Shown here: one piece after another, positions 40,797-42,018 of the stretch
How the letters are laid out: the number at the start of each line of letters is the position of its first letter
Position numbering within the stretch: position 1 is the stretch's first letter
IMG/VR virus record: IMGVR_UViG_3300048851_000040
Coordinates: 1-42,018 of that record
Length of the DNA: 42,018 bases
DNA from: a virus
Direction: 5' to 3' (one strand)
The notes under the pieces: generated by a model
Told to the model about the DNA's origin: nothing
Database searches by the model: none
Seen by the model: only the letters and a program-made list of their open reading frames with translations
Position numbers and translations under genes: made by a program

Positions 40797-42018
40797 TCAA
40801 ACTTCGTAGGCATTGATGCGCCCGACGATGTAGGCTTTTGCGACATCGGCCATGAGGGCGGCCATAGTGGCGTTTGCATGCGTACCGTCTGACGTGCTGT
40901 TGGCCTTCCACCGATCGGTCAAGGTAGCGTCAACCTGCGATGGCCAAAGGTTCATGAAGCCGTCAAGATCGGTGTTGGACGCGACGAGAGAAGCAATCCG
41001 GGCGTTCTCCTCATACCAAGCGGCCCCGACTGCCCACCCGCTGCGAGGCGTCTGGTTTGCAACGGTCACCCACCCATCGGTGCTATCGGTCTTGGGCGAC
41101 ATGGAGACTTGCGTGACGTGAGCGCCGGCCGACTTCCCGCTTGCCCAGTTGACAAGCATGCGGTCCTGCACCTCTGCCAGCGTGACGCCTATGGAGTAGT
41201 CATTGCCGCCATAACCGAACAGGGCGTGGTTGATATAGGGATAGATCGCCCTGCGCTTGTCTCCACTGAGGATAAAGCGCCCTCCCGTTTCTCCCGGGGT
41301 TGCCAGGTTGATCCGGGCGACCTTCTTTCCGGCCCCGTCAAGATTAAAGAGCGCCCGACGCAGATAACCGCCGCTCGACAGGCCAACGCCTGATCCGTCG
41401 TTTGATCCATCCTCGATCGAGGCGCCGAAGGCACCAACCGCGAGCATCGGGGAGACAGGCTTCCCGAGAAGGGCCAGAGGAAGCCAGACATGGGTCTGAG
41501 CAGTGTAGCCGCCAGCCGCGGCAAGCAGCCCCGTGGCATCGAGCAGAGAAGCCGTTCCCGCCGGTGCGCTCATATAGCGCTCGTCTGTCACGGTCACCGA
41601 ATAGGCCGTCGTCCTGTGAAACAGAGAGCGGGCTCCAACGGCATATTCTCGCTCGCCTCTGATCCAGATGCGGGCGCCGGCCGGGAACGAGGAAACCCCG
41701 AAGCTTGAAGGCAAGATGGCGTCGGATATGACCATGGCCGAACCGGCGGGAACCACGCCGTTCCGTTGGCCTCCGAAGAGCGCCCTCACAGATAGGCCGT
41801 TGTACTCGACGTTGAAACGGGCGGTGTAGCCGTCGCCAGAGGCCTCTCCGGTATTATCCACGGGGATCATGTAGTCGTGAGCTGCAATGCGCAGTTCACT
41901 GACATCTTGCGTCCCAATGAAATGCTCTGTCCGGGCTACCTGCAGATTGTTGGAACTCGTCCGGGCACCCGCTAATGTGAACTGCATCTCACCGCGAGAT
42001 CCAACGACCTGCAGCGGA
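40797..42018 (-). CDS. SGNH/GDSL-type esterase virion protein (head-spike fibre / receptor-modifying candidate); the gene runs off the window end and continues at 128..198
   Basis: SGNH blocks FGASIEDGSNDG, GYGGNDY and DGTHAN. On the circle the frame stays open upstream of the track start (41987, equivalent to 96) up to an ATG at 198..196 that overlaps the preceding stop. This adds 34 aa (MIGISLGLWDAALAQGAPEESLAIPLQVVGSRGE). Confidence 0.75.
   Translation of the reverse strand, partial: PLQVVGSRGEMQFTLAGARTSSNNLQVARTEHFIGTQDVSELRIAAHDYMIPVDNTGEASGDGYTARFNVEYNGLSVRALFGGQRNGVVPAGSAMVISDAILPSSFGVSSFPAGARIWIRGEREYAVGARSLFHRTTAYSVTVTDERYMSAPAGTASLLDATGLLAAAGGYTAQTHVWLPLALLGKPVSPMLAVGAFGASIEDGSNDGSGVGLSSGGYLRRALFNLDGAGKKVARINLATPGETGGRFILSGDKRRAIYPYINHALFGYGGNDYSIGVTLAEVQDRMLVNWASGKSAGAHVTQVSMSPKTDSTDGWVTVANQTPRSGWAVGAAWYEENARIASLVASNTDLDGFMNLWPSQVDATLTDRWKANSTSDGTHANATMAALMADVAKAYIVGRINAYEV
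41892..42018. repeat. Terminal overlap copy 2 (identical to 1..127)
   Basis: Direct reading. Confidence 0.9.

Larger units (their letters stand above)
1..42018. mobile_element. Complete circular temperate phage genome (unit length 41,891 bp), podovirus-like morphogenesis genes
   Basis: Exact 127-nt overlap of both window ends. Contains integrase, excisionase, attP-like region, cI/cro switch, terminase, portal, capsid, tail fibre and lysis genes. Dense packing with overlapping start/stop codons. Confidence 0.85.

Noticed and set aside
1-42018. CRISPR arrays, transposases/IS elements, rRNA or complete tRNA genes, retron or DGR components.
   Set aside because: No regularly spaced direct repeats, no transposase-like or reverse-transcriptase-like ORFs, and no full cloverleaf were seen on either strand.

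Overview
The window is a complete, circularly closed temperate phage genome. Its first 127 nt recur exactly at 41892..42018, giving a unit length of 41,891 bp. It is GC-rich, with an alphaproteobacterial (Rhizobiales-like) codon and RBS style. Genes are tightly packed with many ATGA/TGATG start-stop overlaps.

The layout is lambdoid.
- **Immunity switch:** a LexA/S24-type cI (+, 11002..11643) and a cro-like gene (-, 10687..10890) diverge from a switch region. A 20-bp element in that region recurs (18/20) in front of the rightward early operon.
- **Rightward operon (+, 12068..20889):** many small unknown genes, a DnaJ-type zinc-finger protein, a Rad52-family annealase, SSB, a NinB-like protein, an HNH nuclease, excisionase and a tyrosine integrase. 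It ends at an AT-rich attP-like region (20890..21192). That region holds three GTTTTGCA arm-type repeats and a 41-nt copy of the 5' half of a tRNA-Leu(UAA).
- **Leftward transcription (-) from cro:** small unknown genes, a PPC-motif C5-methyltransferase-like protein, RusA, a DnaA-domain-IV-like protein, an AP2/HNH-like DNA binder and an NGN-only NusG/RfaH-like protein.
- **Late genes (-):** they follow a 560-bp ORF-free, hairpin-dense leader. In order they are three tiny membrane proteins, TerS/TerL, a head-spike-like pair (the SGNH esterase gene crosses the window junction), portal, scaffold, an N4-gp56-type capsid protein, P22 gp4/gp10-like adaptors, ejection proteins, tail fibres, a GH19 endolysin with C-terminal TM helices, and overlapped spanins.
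- **Accessory insertions:** an acyltransferase-3 gene lies antisense inside the late operon (25036..26193). An attP-proximal + strand operon (21193..22654) encodes an RHH regulator, a DUF2493/SLOG protein and two very small membrane proteins.

I saw no rRNA, complete tRNA, CRISPR array or transposase. Everything here comes from reading the sequence and recalling protein families. No searches were run.
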